Shown: positions 13,274-25,855, numbered from the stretch's first letter. The stretch: 64,000 nucleotides of DNA from Eledone cirrhosa (GCA_964016885.1 OZ024743.1:316510001-316574000), one strand, 5' to 3'. Notes: generated from the sequence alone by a model not told the origin. A program made the numbers and translations.

Positions 13274-14028
13274 ACATATATATATATATGTGTGTGTGCA
13301 TGTGTATATATATACACATGATAAAATAAAGAATTAGATATCCATCTTCCAAGTAATATTGATTGAATATCATCATCATCATCATTTTACTTCTTTTTAT
13401 TATTATTATGTGGGGAAAACTAACACAACAGCATTATACAGAAAATTTTTCTCCCTTTCATATCGGAATTTCTATTTCTATTATACATTTCTATTTCTAT
13501 TATTTTTGTAGTTCCGTATAAAACATCAAAGAGAAAGCATTATCTTATTACCATTCTTTCTTTCCTTCCTTGTTTTGGTTTTTTACCATTTATAAATACT
13601 GTTGCTTGCTTTACTTACTTAAAACCTGTCGACATGGTGTAGTGGTAAGTATGTTGGATATGATGTAATGATTCAAGATATATTGGAAAGCTATGTGGCT
13701 TAGTGGTTAGGCTTTTCGGCTCATGATATAAAGGATGCGAGTTTGATTTCCAACAGCATGTTGTGTCCTTCAGCAAGACACTTTATTTCACCTTACTCCA
13801 GTTCACTCAGTTGGTAAAATTGAGGTGTACCTGTAATTCAAAAGGCCAGCCTTGTCACACACACATACACACACTGACTCGTGCTGAATCTCTCTGGGGG
13901 TTATAGTAAGGGTGCATGTTTCTGTGAAGGTGTCTGGTTTAAGGGTTAGGATCTTTGCTTCACTTATGATGTAGAGTATTCGGTTTACCTATGATATATA
14001 ACAGTGGTTCCCAAACTAGGATATATGA

Positions 14029-14059
<31 letters not shown>

Positions 14060-14566
14060 AGGGTGTGGTAAAATCCAGCTAAACCATAACCCACCAGAGT
14101 ACTTGATACTTGGGTTATATATATGTGTGTGCGTGTGTCAACAAACAACATATGCAAAGCTCAAACTTTCGAACTTATGAAGCACTGTAGAAGCCATTTC
14201 TCTATTAAACTTGATATATATATATATATGATGAGAGAACTCCCATCGATTTCAACGTATAAGGATCCAAACAACCTGTTCATCATCATCATCATTTAAC
14301 ATCTATCTTCCATGCTAGCATGGGTTAGACGAGTCCTATTTAGAGGCAAGTTGGATCGGGTGACCATGTCTTGCTCATATAGGGATGTTTCTGGCTGATT
14401 TTCTACAGCTGGATGCCCTTCCTAATGTGAACCACATTGACAGTGTGTACTAGGTGCTTTTTGCCATGTCTTTTCCACATTCTCTTTTCAGTGTGGGCTG
14501 GGTGCTTTTTGCCATGTCTTTTACACGTCCACTTTCCACTGTTCAGTTCATATATAATGATATATA

Positions 14567-14697
14567 CGAGGGTCAGCTGTGAAATCTTATTATTAACTGC
14601 ATTATTTCTTTCCAGGGTCTATGTTGGAAAATAAATCTCATTTGGTTATTCCATGAGAGTATCTTGGTTAGCTCATCAACTTTTCTGCTGACCTTCG
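14567..14697. mobile_element. Mariner-like MITE
   Basis: TA|CGAGGGTCAGC ... GCTGACCTTCG|TA; a related decayed copy lies near 45318-45505. Confidence 0.75.
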
Positions 14698-14858
14698 TAT
14701 ATAAAGTGCACCCATCATCATCATCTTCGTTTAATGTCCATCTTCCATGCTAGCATGGGTTAGACCCAGTATAATTATATATATATAGTGAGTTAGAAAC
14801 TCAGGGTAGTCCCTTACAATTAAATAGCTCTAAGAAAAAAGCTTTTCCGAGCCGTACA

Positions 14859-15114
14859 ATATAATTGAATAAAGAAGAAAGATGAACACTAATATAAACA
14901 TACATGTGTTCGAATCGTAAGGACCAAGTTTGCTAGGGTGAAAAAATACTAACTACAGCAATATGTTACTTTTATTAATTGAATATTTAAAATTAATTCT
15001 GACAAACCATATTGCTGTAGTTAGTATTTTTTCACCCTAGCAAACTTGGTCCTTACGATTCGAACACATGTATGTTTATATTAGTGTTCATCTCTCTTGT
15101 TTATTCAATTATAT
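14859..15114. repeat. Fold-back inverted repeat (about 105-bp arms, about 42-bp spacer) ending in (TA)n
   Basis: 14859-14965 is the reverse complement of 15008-15114. Confidence 0.9.
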
Positions 15115-15133
15115 ATATATATATATATATATA

Positions 15134-15421
15134 AAATCAAGGGAGTGTAAACACAGAAAATATCTTAAAAAATAATAAATAATTAAATTCCAAAAAATTC
15201 ACTGTACTTACTATATGTGCCCTTACCGCGGTTTCAGATCCCAAACAAATAGATAATCCAAGCGGATTTCCATTGAGAAAGAGATCATCGTCAGAATTCT
15301 TTTCTCTCTCGAAGAATATAAAATTCCCGAGTTCAAATTACAAACTGGTACAGTGAATTTTTTGGAATTTAATTATTTATTATTTTTTAGGATATTTTCT
15401 GTGTTTACACTCCCTTGATTT
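15134..15421. repeat. Fold-back element (about 74-bp arms) with an HHR in the spacer, between (TA)n tracts
   Basis: 15134-15207 is the reverse complement of 15348-15421. Confidence 0.9.
15219..15299 (-). ncRNA. Hammerhead ribozyme motif (type I, stem I degenerate)
   Basis: Minus strand: CTGACGA TGATCT...GGATCT GAAAC CGCG GTA; palindromic stem III ACCGCGGT. Confidence 0.6.
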
Positions 15422-15532
15422 GATATGTTCTGGCTTGTTAATTTATTAACATGCCATTGAACCACACTGGCATACGGTTGGACTATACTTGTGTCCTTGT
15501 GTGTATTAATTACATGTAGGAACACATACTTT

Positions 15533-15580
<48 letters not shown>

Positions 15581-15626
15581 GGTTTTTATTCTTTCTGACT
15601 TATTTTCTATTCTTTTACCATTTTAG

Positions 15627-16213
15627 GTAAAACATCAACGAAACCTGCTGTGGTTGCAAACCAAGATGAAGATGAGGCTAAGTTACAACCCATTGATTCA
15701 GATACGAACAAAAATGAAATGTCACAGCTGGAGGATTCAAAACCCAGTGCACTAAATGTTTTTGGCCGGCGATGGATTGTATTAGCATTGTTCTGTTTCT
15801 TTTCGATGAGCAATGCTTATCAATGGATCCATTTAAATATCATTGCTAATATCATAGAGAATTACTATAATGTTAGCTTACCAACAGATGAATACCAGAG
15901 AGAACTGGCTGTCGACTGGCTTTCAATGGTTTATATGCTTGCATATATTCCACTAATTTTCCCAGCCTCATGGCTTTTGGATCGAAAGGGTCTCCGAGTG
16001 ATTGTCATCTGTGGAACACTGCTGAATTGTATAGGAGCATGGCTGAAGTGTATAAGTGCTTCTCCAGATCGCTTCTGGTTGTTGATGATTGCACAGACAA
16101 TTTGTGGTATTGCTCAAATCTTTGTTCTTGAAGTACCACCACGACTGGCTGCCGTTTGGTTTGGACCTAATGAAGTGTCAACAGCAACATCTATCGGTGT
16201 TTTTGGCAACCAA
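15627..16213 (+). CDS. FLVCR: FLVCR-family (SLC49) MFS transporter, first large coding exon seen
   Basis: Polypyrimidine-AG acceptor ending at 15626 and GTATGT donor at 16214. Encodes RRWIVL...NAYQWIH...VDWLSMVYMLAYIPLIFPASWLLD...PPRLAAVWFGPNEVSTATSIGVFGNQ. First in-exon ATG at 15719. Confidence 0.95.
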
Positions 16214-17346
16214 GTATGTATGATCCAAATTATCTAATTGAAAATATGAATTTTATTAGTTCATTTAGTTGTTGTTGTTATTTAGCTTCAGTTCAGTCTG
16301 AAAATACAGTAGTAAATATAGAGTAATCTAAATGCTAAAGGGTTAAAGATGTTCCACCCTTCAACATCCTGTCTTTTTTTTTGGGGGGGGGTACTGTTAC
16401 TCGGACTACATTTCTCCAAATTGTCGTCCCTTTTGTAAATATGTTATGGTACGATTTGAAAGGAAATATGACTGCTGTTTCTATCATGTCAAGCGACTAC
16501 TCAAAGGCTCTTTTTGGTGATTCATCAGAAAAATAAATAGCTTTCCTTGGGAAGGATATTTTTGAAGGATTGAGCTAAAACATTCAGTTTTGTAACAATA
16601 TTTTTAAATAGTTTCAAATTTGTTGACACTTTTTGAGACCACCTCCAATTTTACAATAAATGCTATTTGTTCTAAAGTGTTTATATTTATCTAAAAACAT
16701 TCCATCATAATTTTATTTAGGAATCTTTCATAAGCTATGTTCCAAACACCAACTTAATAGATATCTAGCTTAATAATAAGAAAATTGTAACGAAAGGTTT
16801 TTACATAAATATAGACATCATCATCATCATGATCACCATTTAACGTCCATTTTTCCATGATAGCATGGGTGAGACAATCTGTCCCATTGTCAGACAAGCT
16901 AGATCAGATGACCATGTTTTACTCATACAGAAGTGATTTTGGCTTGGTTTCTATGACTGGATACCCTTCCTAACACCAGCCACATCTACAGTGAGTACTG
17001 GGTGCCTTTTATCGTGGTACCAAGATGACCACTTTACAGTGTGGACTGGGCAATTTTTTCATGACACCAACACAACCACTTTTCAGTGTGGACTGGGTGC
17101 TTTTGTCGTGGCACCAAGATAAGCTCTTTATAGTGTGAATTGAGGGCTTTTGTTGTGGCACCACTTTATAGTGTGGATTGGGCATTTTTGGGACTCTTTC
17201 AAAACAAATTTTATCATAGGACCAGGTTTGGTTTTAGGCATGTTGGCATCAAAAGAGTTAAAGAGCAACACTTATGTCTATTCTTCCTTCTAAATCACCT
17301 GGATTTATATTTTTTCTTTTGGTGTTCTCAGTGGTTTGTCATAAAT

Positions 17347-17713
17347 ATTGATTTTTAACTTAATAATAAGCAATAGTCTTAATCCATAGTCCAATTTCAC
17401 ACCACCACCTGCTGCCACATGTTGCAAGCACACAAGCAAGGTCTCTGGTTTGTGAGAATATTTTCTTTCCTCAAACCCCACTCCTCATCAGTCTATATAT
17501 TTACTATATATATATATATATTTACTATTTAGTCAGCTAGTGAAAGACAGTGTTCCAGTCCCTTTACAGGACCTCCAAGTGGTGGGGTTTGGGGAAAGAA
17601 AATATTCTCACAAACCAGAGACCTTGCTTGTGTGCTTGCAACATGTGGCAGCAGGTGGTGGTGTGAAATTGGACTATGGATTAAGTCTATTGCCCATTAA
17701 GTTAAAAATCAAT
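17347..17713. repeat. Inverted repeat (about 135-bp arms) with a TA-containing spacer
   Basis: 17347-17482 is the reverse complement of 17581-17713; TCATCAG (CTGATGA on minus) lies next to the left arm. Confidence 0.9.
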
Positions 17714-19053
17714 CATCATCATCATCATCATCACCGTTTTACGTCCGTTCTTCCACGCTAGCATGGGTTAGACGGGTTGTCCTGTTGTGGGCAGTGTCTG
17801 GTCGGCTGACCATGCCTTGCTCATACAGGAACTGATCTGGCTTGATTTCTACAGCTGGATGCCCTTCCTAACACCAACCTCATTTACAGTGAGTGCTGGG
17901 TGCTTTTTCGTGGCGCCTACACGTCCACTTTACAGTGTGGGCTGGGTGCTTTTTTGCCGTGGCACCTCCACGACCACCTTGCGGTGGGGGGGGGGGGGGG
18001 CATATTGTTTATATGCTTCAGCATGTACCCATGGGAGGTCGGGTACCCTGTATTACTGCGTGACGCCAGAAGTCACGGTCGTGTGTCATTGACTTTGAGA
18101 GGTGTAGTTGGGTAAGGTCGGCTTTTATCACCTCATCCCAAGTCATCTTGGGTCTCCCCACTCCGCGGTTTCCATCAACTTCTAGTGCTCTGCACCTTTT
18201 TATGCAGCTGTCATCCTTCATACGCATCACATGTCCATACCAGCGTAACCGCCTCTCCTGCACGCAGCATTTGATTCCTCTTATGCTCAGTCTCTCTCTC
18301 AATTCATTTATGCTTTGTCGTTCACGTATATTACTGTTACACATCCATCGGAGCATGCAGGCTTCGTTTCTCTCTAATCTACGTAAGTCTTCCACCTTCA
18401 GCGCCCAGGTCTCACTACCATGCAACATCGCTGTTCGGATACACGCATCATACAGTCTGCCTTTCATTCTGAGGGAGAAGCCGTTTGCAGCTAGCAGTGG
18501 TAGTAGTTCCCTAAACTTCTTCCATCCCGTTCTTACCCTAGTTATTGTACTTTCTGAGCACCCACCTCCGTTGCTAATTCGGTCACCTAGGTAGCAGAAG
18601 CTGTCTACTGTTTCTACAGGGCCCTCCCAGAGATTGGTGGTACTTGTTTCCTGTGGCTGTTTGCTTGCTGTTTCAGCACAGCTGCTGCATGTGAATCCTA
18701 CATTCTTAATTAAGCTTCCTGAGATCCCGCTACATCTCTTGTGTACCCATTGTTTGCATTTGGGGCAAAGAATGGAGTTCCTACCTACACCTTTCCTACA
18801 TACTGAGCAAGGCCATTTCCCTGAGGGGATCTGGGTTCTGTTTTCTCGTCTACTTATAAGGACCTTAGTCTTTGTCATGTTGACTTTGAGGCCCTTTCTC
18901 TCTAGTCCCTGCTTCCAGGTTTGGAATTTATTCTCTAGTTCTACCATAGATTCAGCTATGAGTGCGAGGTCATCAGCATACAGGAGTTCCCATGGGCATC
19001 CGGTCTTAAACTCCTCCGTTATTGCCTGCAGGACTATGATGAACAGGATTATT
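17712..19053 (-). mobile_element. Young 5'-truncated RTE LINE (RT C-terminal half with PHD-like insert, long 3'UTR, (GAT)n tail)
   Basis: ORF 18018-19067 with LLYADD; highly similar to 62668-64000 and 33915-34890. Confidence 0.95.
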
Positions 19054-19107
19054 GTATGACAAACCACTATATATATTTATGACAAACCACTATATATATA
19101 TTTACTA

Positions 19108-19724
19108 TTTACAAACACACCAAACTTATAATAAATGTTCAGTAAACCCATACGTACATATATATGTGTGCATGTATGTATATATATACATACTACTGTA
19201 CGTCTGTACACATATATGTAAGTACGTATACCTACTTATATTTAGGTATCAGCCGTACTAAGAGTGAGAAATAAAATTTTGTTTCATTCTTTTCCATTTA
19301 TCGTTTTCAGTACGCCTGGCCGACTAACTCACTTGATATGCAAATTAGGCTGCTCAGCCGTTAATATGCATAAGGAAAGTATATACTTTCAAATATTCAA
19401 TTATCTGACAGAAAGGTATACGATGCTGACGATAGCTAATAAGCTTGAAACTAGTACATCGTTCCTGTGTCAGTGTTGAACAAAAGGGCGATGATGGTTG
19501 CCAAGCACTGTACGGCGTAATTCGGACTATTTGTTTACAAACAAACCGAACATTATAATAAATATTCAGTAAACCCATACGTATATATATATATGTGTGC
19601 ATGTATGTATATATATACATACTACTGTACGTCTGTACACATATATGTATGTACGTATACATACTTATATTTAGGTATCAGCCGTACTAAGAGTGAGAAA
19701 TGAAATTTTGTTTCATTCTTTTCC

Positions 19725-19730
<6 letters not shown>
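19108..19730 (+). mobile_element. Retrozyme/pseudo-LTR-like element: about 1.45 tandem copies of a roughly 430-bp unit with a central HHR
   Basis: Direct repeats at 19108-19301 and 19534-19730 flank the HHR; the element ends in (TA)n. Confidence 0.8.
19405..19473 (+). ncRNA. Hammerhead ribozyme, type I, intact core
   Basis: ACGATG CTGACGA TAGC-TAATAA-GCTT GAAAC TA GTA^CATCGT. Stem I extends through bulges (AGG/CCT, CTGACA/TGTCAG). Predicted cut after 19456. Confidence 0.88.
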
Positions 19731-19761
<31 letters not shown>

Positions 19762-19843
19762 CAAGAAAGAAAGTGTTGGTAAAATCCAGTACTTCAGTAT
19801 GCTGATAGGAAGCACTCGACGAAGATATAAGTTCCAGAGTTAT

Positions 19844-20086
19844 AATAGTGACGAAACATAAGTCAATTGCATGAACTCATAATCCTTTATTTACTGCTAT
19901 ATATATTTCGATGATAGCCATTGAATGATGGTGATACCATCAACACTATAAACACAGAGCTGGCATATCTAAGAACTGACTAACTGCCTGATGAAGTCAT
20001 AGCCATTCAATGGCTATCATCGAAATATATATAGCAGTAAATAAAGGATTATGAGTTCATGCAATTGACTTATGTTTCATCACTAT
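19844..20086. repeat. Fold-back element (about 84-bp arms) containing an HHR
   Basis: 19844-19927 is the reverse complement of about 20003-20086; flanked by TA tracts. Confidence 0.9.
19983..20038 (+). ncRNA. Hammerhead ribozyme, type I
   Basis: ACTGC CTGATGA [AGTC ATAGCCATT C AATGGCTAT CATC] GAAA TATATATA^GCAGT; stem I ACTGC/GCAGT; palindromic stem III. Confidence 0.8.
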
Positions 20087-20094
20087 ATATATAT

Positions 20095-21940
20095 CATCAT
20101 CATCATCATCATCATTTTATGTCCGCTTTTCCCTGCTTGCAAGGGTGGGATGGGTCTTATTCAGCACAGCATCTCTCCACTCGTCACGGTCCTTCGTCAT
20201 CTCCACCGTGAGCTTCAATGATCTGAGGTCTGTTCTCACCACCTCCGCCCATGTTTTTCGTGGTCTACCTCTACCACGTCTTCCTTCAACTGGCAATTCC
20301 TGGCACTTCTTCACCCATCGGTCATCCTCCATGTGCATCACATGTCCATACCACCTCAGTCTCCTCTCCCGTACACTACATTCTATCCCTCTCAGACACA
20401 GTTTCTCTCTCAACACATTTATGCTGGGTCGTTCACGCACATTTACACTGCACATCCAACGGAGCATGCTTGCCTCATTTCTCTCCAGCCGTCGCATATC
20501 CTCTGCAGTTGCTGCCCATGTCTCACTACCATGCAGCATCGCGCTCCTCACACAGGCATCATACAACCAGCCTTTCGTACGCAGGGAGAAACCCTTCTTT
20601 GTCAACAGAGGAAGCAGCTCCCTAAACTTCTTCCAACCCGTCCTTATTCTAGATACTATGGCCTCGGAACACCCTCCTCCCATGCTAATCTGATCTCTTA
20701 GGTACCGGAAGCCATCCACCACTTCTATAGCGCCCTCCTGCATCTGAAAAATGTGTCTATCAATGCGACTTCTACTGTCTAATTTCCCTGTACATCTACT
20801 GCATACATATTTCTCCCTACCTGTTAGTTTGCCTGCTATCCCGCTACATCTATTGTGTACCCAGGATCTGCATTGTGTGCATTTTATAGAATTTATGCCA
20901 GTTCCTTTTCTGCATATCGAACATGGCCATTTCCATGACGGAATCAGGGTTTTGTCCTCTTTTCTACTCATCAACACTTTTGTCTTAGCTAGGTTCACTC
21001 TCAGTCCTCTTGCTTCCAACTGCTGTTTCCATAGCCAGAATTTATTCTCTAGCTCCTCTACTGATTCTGCTATAAGAACCAGATCGTCAGCATAGAGAAG
21101 TTCCCATGGACAGCCAGTCTTAAACTCCTCTGTTATGGCTTGGAGGACTTTAATGAACAAGAGCGGGCTGAGGACCGAACCTTGATGTACTCCTACTTGT
21201 ATCTGGAATTCCTCACTAAACTCCATTCCTACCCTGACTTTACTGAGAGTACCTCTGTACAAAGTTTGCACTGTCCTCACAAGCCATTCCTCAACACCTA
21301 GCTTCCTTAGGGACCACCAGATGACAGATCGGGGTACCCTATCAAAGGCCTTCTCTAGGTCAACAAAGGCTAAGTATAGTGGCTTATTTTTCTCTAAGAA
21401 CCTCTCTTGCAATTGTCTCACCAAGAAGAGTGCATCTGTTGTACTCTTCCCAGGCACAAAACCAAACTGCATCTCATCTAGTTTGACCCTTTCTCTAATT
21501 AGTTATGCTAATATTCTCTCTGCCACTTTCATAACCTGATCCATCAGTTTTATACCCCTATAATTGTTCCTCTCCAGAGCATCCCCTTTACCCTTGAAGC
21601 AATTTATGAGAATACTGCTGCACCAGTCTTTGGGTATGACACCACTATATATAGCCTGATTGATGATGCGTGCAACCAGTTTAGAGCCTGCGTCCCCTGA
21701 TACCTTCAGCATATCAGCAACTATTCCCGATGGTCCAGCAGCCTTACCATTTTTCATTTCCCTAATCGCCTCTTGGACCCTATATTCGTCAATCTCAATA
21801 GCTGGTCCCTCTGTCGGATCTACTAAGGGTAATTTCTCTCTCTCCCATTCGTTCTCCATATTCATCAGTCTCTCATAATGACATTTCCAGGCCTCCTTTT
21901 TCTGATCATACGTGACACTAAGTACACCGGCATCATCCTG
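20095..21940 (-). mobile_element. RTE LINE (second family), RT region with 3' end
   Basis: ORFs 21503-21865 and 20117-21472: QFGF, FVDLEKAFDRV, GVHQGSVLSP, YADD; (GAT)n tail. Confidence 0.95.
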
Positions 21941-22482
21941 ATTTGCATAAATCTCTGAACATTTCTTTCACCCTCTCTCCCTGAAACAGCATCACCTCCA
22001 TTGAATAGAACAATCAGCAAAACATTTACAACAAGCATTTATCAAATGTCCCGTCATCCCTAGCCCATAAATATCATACATGTATCCGCCAATTAATCTC
22101 TAATTTATTGTCTTTTCTTTTATCGGACCCTCTACATGTATCTATGTACATCTCGAATCTGGTTTCTCATGTTAGCACTAAATTCACCAGTGATTTCCTT
22201 AGAAGAACACTTACTCAAAAACTACTACTATGTACTTACACGCTCTCACTTATTTATTTCTTTATATTTCCCTGTCTCATTTTCTTATTTTTTAATGTAC
22301 CCTATCTTATATTTTACTTTTTACTTTTTACATCTGTAACTTCTCTACCTATTTACCATACATGTTTTATTATTGATGTTATTGTTTTGATTATACGCTA
22401 TTTTATTATTGTTGTTATTGTTTTGATTATACGCTATTTTTCTATATAAGTCTTGCCTCGAGTGAATTATTTTCCTATCTAC

Positions 22483-22593
22483 GTACTCTGATGTGTTGAC
22501 CAGAGGTAAATAATGTATTGGAGATCGAATGACGCAACCTCAAGCGAATAGTGAACTCTAGACTCACCTGATCAACGAAACAATTGTCAGTAC
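22483..22593 (+). ncRNA. Hammerhead ribozyme with about 80-nt stem II; one core substitution
   Basis: GTACT CTGATGT GTTGACCAG...CTGATCAAC GAAAC AATT GTC^AGTAC; CTGATGT in place of CTGATGA. The element ends in (TA)n at about 22650. Confidence 0.75.
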
Positions 22594-22646
22594 TTTAAAT
22601 AAAGACCTTATTGTACAGCCAACCATGTTACTCTTCATTCTTTAAC

Positions 22647-22684
<38 letters not shown>

Positions 22685-22687
<3 letters not shown>

Positions 22688-23500
22688 ATGAAAGGCAGAG
22701 CTAACCTCAGCAGGATTTGAACTCAGAATGTAGAGGGCTGCACAGCATGTTGTCCAATGCCCTACTAATACTGCCATTGTTTTTACTTTAGGCACAAGGC
22801 CAGCAATTTTGGGGGAGGGGAAAATTAATTAAGTCAACCCCAGTGCATGACTGGTACTCTATTTTATTGACCCCATAAGGATGAAAGGCAAAGCTAACCT
22901 TGGCAGGATTTGAACTCAGAACATAAAGCGCCATAGCTCTATACATAACCCTAATACTAATAATAATTGTTTCTACTTTAGGCACAAGACCAACAATTTT
23001 GGGGAGGGGAAAGTCAATTAAATTGGCTCCACTGTATCACTGGTACTTTATTTTATCGACCCAAAGCAAAGCTACTCTCAGCAGGATTTGAACTCAGAAG
23101 CTAAATTGCCATAACGATATGCTGCAAAATATCTACATATACTAACAAAGCCAACTTCGGTGAAATTTGAACTCAAAATGTAAAGGAACATAACTACATG
23201 CAACATAGCATATTGTTAGATGCTCTTCTAACTGCCAACCCACTGACCTAATAACAGTAATGATTATGGTTTCTGATTTAGGCACAAGGCCAACAATTTT
23301 GGAGAAGGGGAAAGTTGATTAAATCAACCCCAGTGCATGACTGGTACTTTATTTTATCGACCATGTAAGGACGAAAGGAAAAGTTAACCTCGGTGGGATT
23401 TGAAATCAGAACATAAAAGGACATAACTACATTCCACATAGCATGTTGTCAGACACTCTACTGACTCTGCCAATCCACTGCCCTAATAATAATAATAATA
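22685..23500 (-). mobile_element. Cluster of SINE family B copies
   Basis: Repeated reverse complements of GAGTTCAAATCC...GGTTAACTTTGCCTTTCATCC...AAGTACCAGT...TTGTGCCTAAA with (AAT)n tails. Confidence 0.8.
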
Positions 23501-24626
23501 ATCACAAGGATACATTTTTAAGAAAAAAAGAAAGAACAATTGATTCCATCAATTGTGAGTACTTGACTGGATTTGAGACTTATTTTACTACCAAATATAA
23601 AAGAATGTAATGCCAAGTTGATTGCAACAGGATTAAAATTTAGAACATAAAGTGACATGATTTAAATACTGCAAGACATTTTGTCTCGTGTTATACCAAT
23701 TCTGCAAATCCTATCATATTAGAAAATATTACATCTTAAAATGCCAGTTCTGTATTTTTTTGGTGATGGTTGGGTCATGAATGAAGATTTAAAATGTTTT
23801 ATTCAATATGTTTATGTATTTCTTTTGTAAGATTCTTGATGTGAAATCGTGTGATGAAACAGATACAAACAGTGCAATATACAAACGCTTACATGCATGC
23901 ATACAAGATAAACATACACATGCCAAACACATTGACACATGCACAAGCAGACACACAATTGCATGCACAGACAAGAAAACATATCAGAGAAAGACAAGGT
24001 GGAGTAAACGGATTAAGACCAAAAAAAAAGGAGACACAGAGAAGAACAAATGTCATTGTGTGATGAAAGAGCTTTGACAAACTAACAAATAACTAATAAT
24101 AAAGCTGAAGTGAAAATCAAATAGTGCGTGTGGTTTTATTAACAAAATGACCATCTCCAAATATAACAACATTTGTTCAGTACTAAGAAAATTGTTGTTG
24201 CTGTTCCAATAGAAGCTGTGTGGTTAAGGAGTTCACTTTGTAGCCACATGGTTTCAGGTTCAGTCCTTCTGTGTGGCACCTTGGACAAGTATTTTCTGTT
24301 ATAGCCTCAGATCAACCCATACTTTGTGAGTGAAATTTGGTAGAGAAAAACTACATGGAAGCCCATCATATAGGTATATGAATGTGAAATGAAATTAATT
24401 TCACTGTTCATACCTACCAGGTTGCATTTCATTGGAGGTTTCTCTGGTGTTTCAATGAAAGAGGTCCCAGTTCTATCATGAAAAGCAGTATGAAATGCAG
24501 TATGAAATGAAATATCTTGCTTAAGAACCTGTTCCAGGAATCAAACTCACAAATTTACAGTCATAGGTCTAATATTCTAACCACTAGGCTCATACACCTT
24601 CATTATATATGAGAGTCTGGGAATGA

Positions 24627-24820
24627 GGGCGGTGAATTGGCAGTATCGGTAGAGGGTTGGACGTCATGCTTTGACGCAAAGAGTTACGGCCCTTTCCATT
24701 CTGAGTTCAAATCCCGCCGAGGTTAACTTTGCCTTTCATCCTTACGGGGTCGATAAAATAAAGTACCAGTAATGTACTGGGTAATTGCTGGCCTTGTGCC
24801 AAAAGTAGAAACAATTATAT
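24627..24820 (+). mobile_element. SINE family B
   Basis: GGCGGTGAATTGGCAG head, B box GAGTTCAAATCCC, conserved central domain. Further copies at 30590, 36981, 42050, 43998 (-) and 50923-51600. Confidence 0.85.
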
Positions 24821-24949
24821 ATGAGAGTCTGTGTCAATATCTCTGTTTATGTCTATTGATTGTTTATGTCTTCTAACTTATCAGCTTGACAATTTGAAAT
24901 CAATAAAATAAGTACCAGCTTTCTTTCTTGTACTCACAGTACCAGCAGG

Positions 24950-25785
24950 TACAAAAGGTCACAGCAGAGACATTAAAAAGGCCAAGGTTAAGAAATGAGA
25001 GGACTTTAGGGTTATAAGGTAATGTGACTTTAGATCAGCAAATAAAATATTCTGGCAGAACATCTGCTAACTTCGTAATAAGAAGTCCCTCGTCGATACC
25101 TACTTTCAGGGACTTATTTGCAGTTCTTCATTCTGAAGAGAGGTGCATTCTCACAAGGTGGAGAAAATAATTTACTGATCTCTTAAACCTGATCACAACA
25201 GCATCTTCTGTTGTATATGAGGTGCATCTAAGGACTAATCTCTCAGATGCTTAGGTCGCTATAGAAATTAAAGAGCTCAAATGTGCCAAGATCTCTGGGG
25301 AGGATGAAATTCAGCCCAAGATGTTAAACATCTTAAATAGAGAAGATATTCTCTGGCTGACTCGTGTGCTTGGTGACCTGGATCTCTGGAAAGGCACCAA
25401 GGTTGTGGCAATCGAGAGTGATAATCCTAGTTTTCAAAAGAGGAGACAAGAGAAATTGCTCTAATTGTAAAGGGATCTCCTTGTTAAGCCTCCCCAGTAA
25501 AGTCTATACTGAGTGTCTGCCAAAGAGATGTAGGGATAGTATCGAGTCCAAGCTAGCTGATGAACAGTGTGGTTTTTGCCCTTGATATAGCACAGCCAAC
25601 CAAATATTCACTCTGCAGCAGGTTTTAGAGAAATTGTGGGAGTATTGCCAAGAGGTGTCTGATTGTTTCCTAGACATTCAAAAAGCATACTACCTTGTTC
25701 CACTGGACCTGTTGTGGAAGGTTCTGCAGGAGTATGAGATCAATGGACAGCTTGTTGCCTTGAACTCCCAATACAAATGCTCTAG
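24950..25785 (+). mobile_element. Old RTE-type LINE RT fragment (third family)
   Basis: FKRGDKRNCSNCKGISLLSLPSKVY...EQCGF and FLDIQKAYY; multiple stops. Confidence 0.75.
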
Positions 25786-25855
25786 TATTTTATATTCGGA
25801 TAATTGCTGGCCTTGTGCCAAAAGTAGAAACAATTATTATTATTATTATTATTAA

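Noticed and set aside
13512-13644. Possible upstream FLVCR exon ending at GTAAGT
   Set aside because: The donor-like motif lies in TGGTGTAGTGG, an A-box-like SINE remnant, and the ATG is followed by an in-frame stop.
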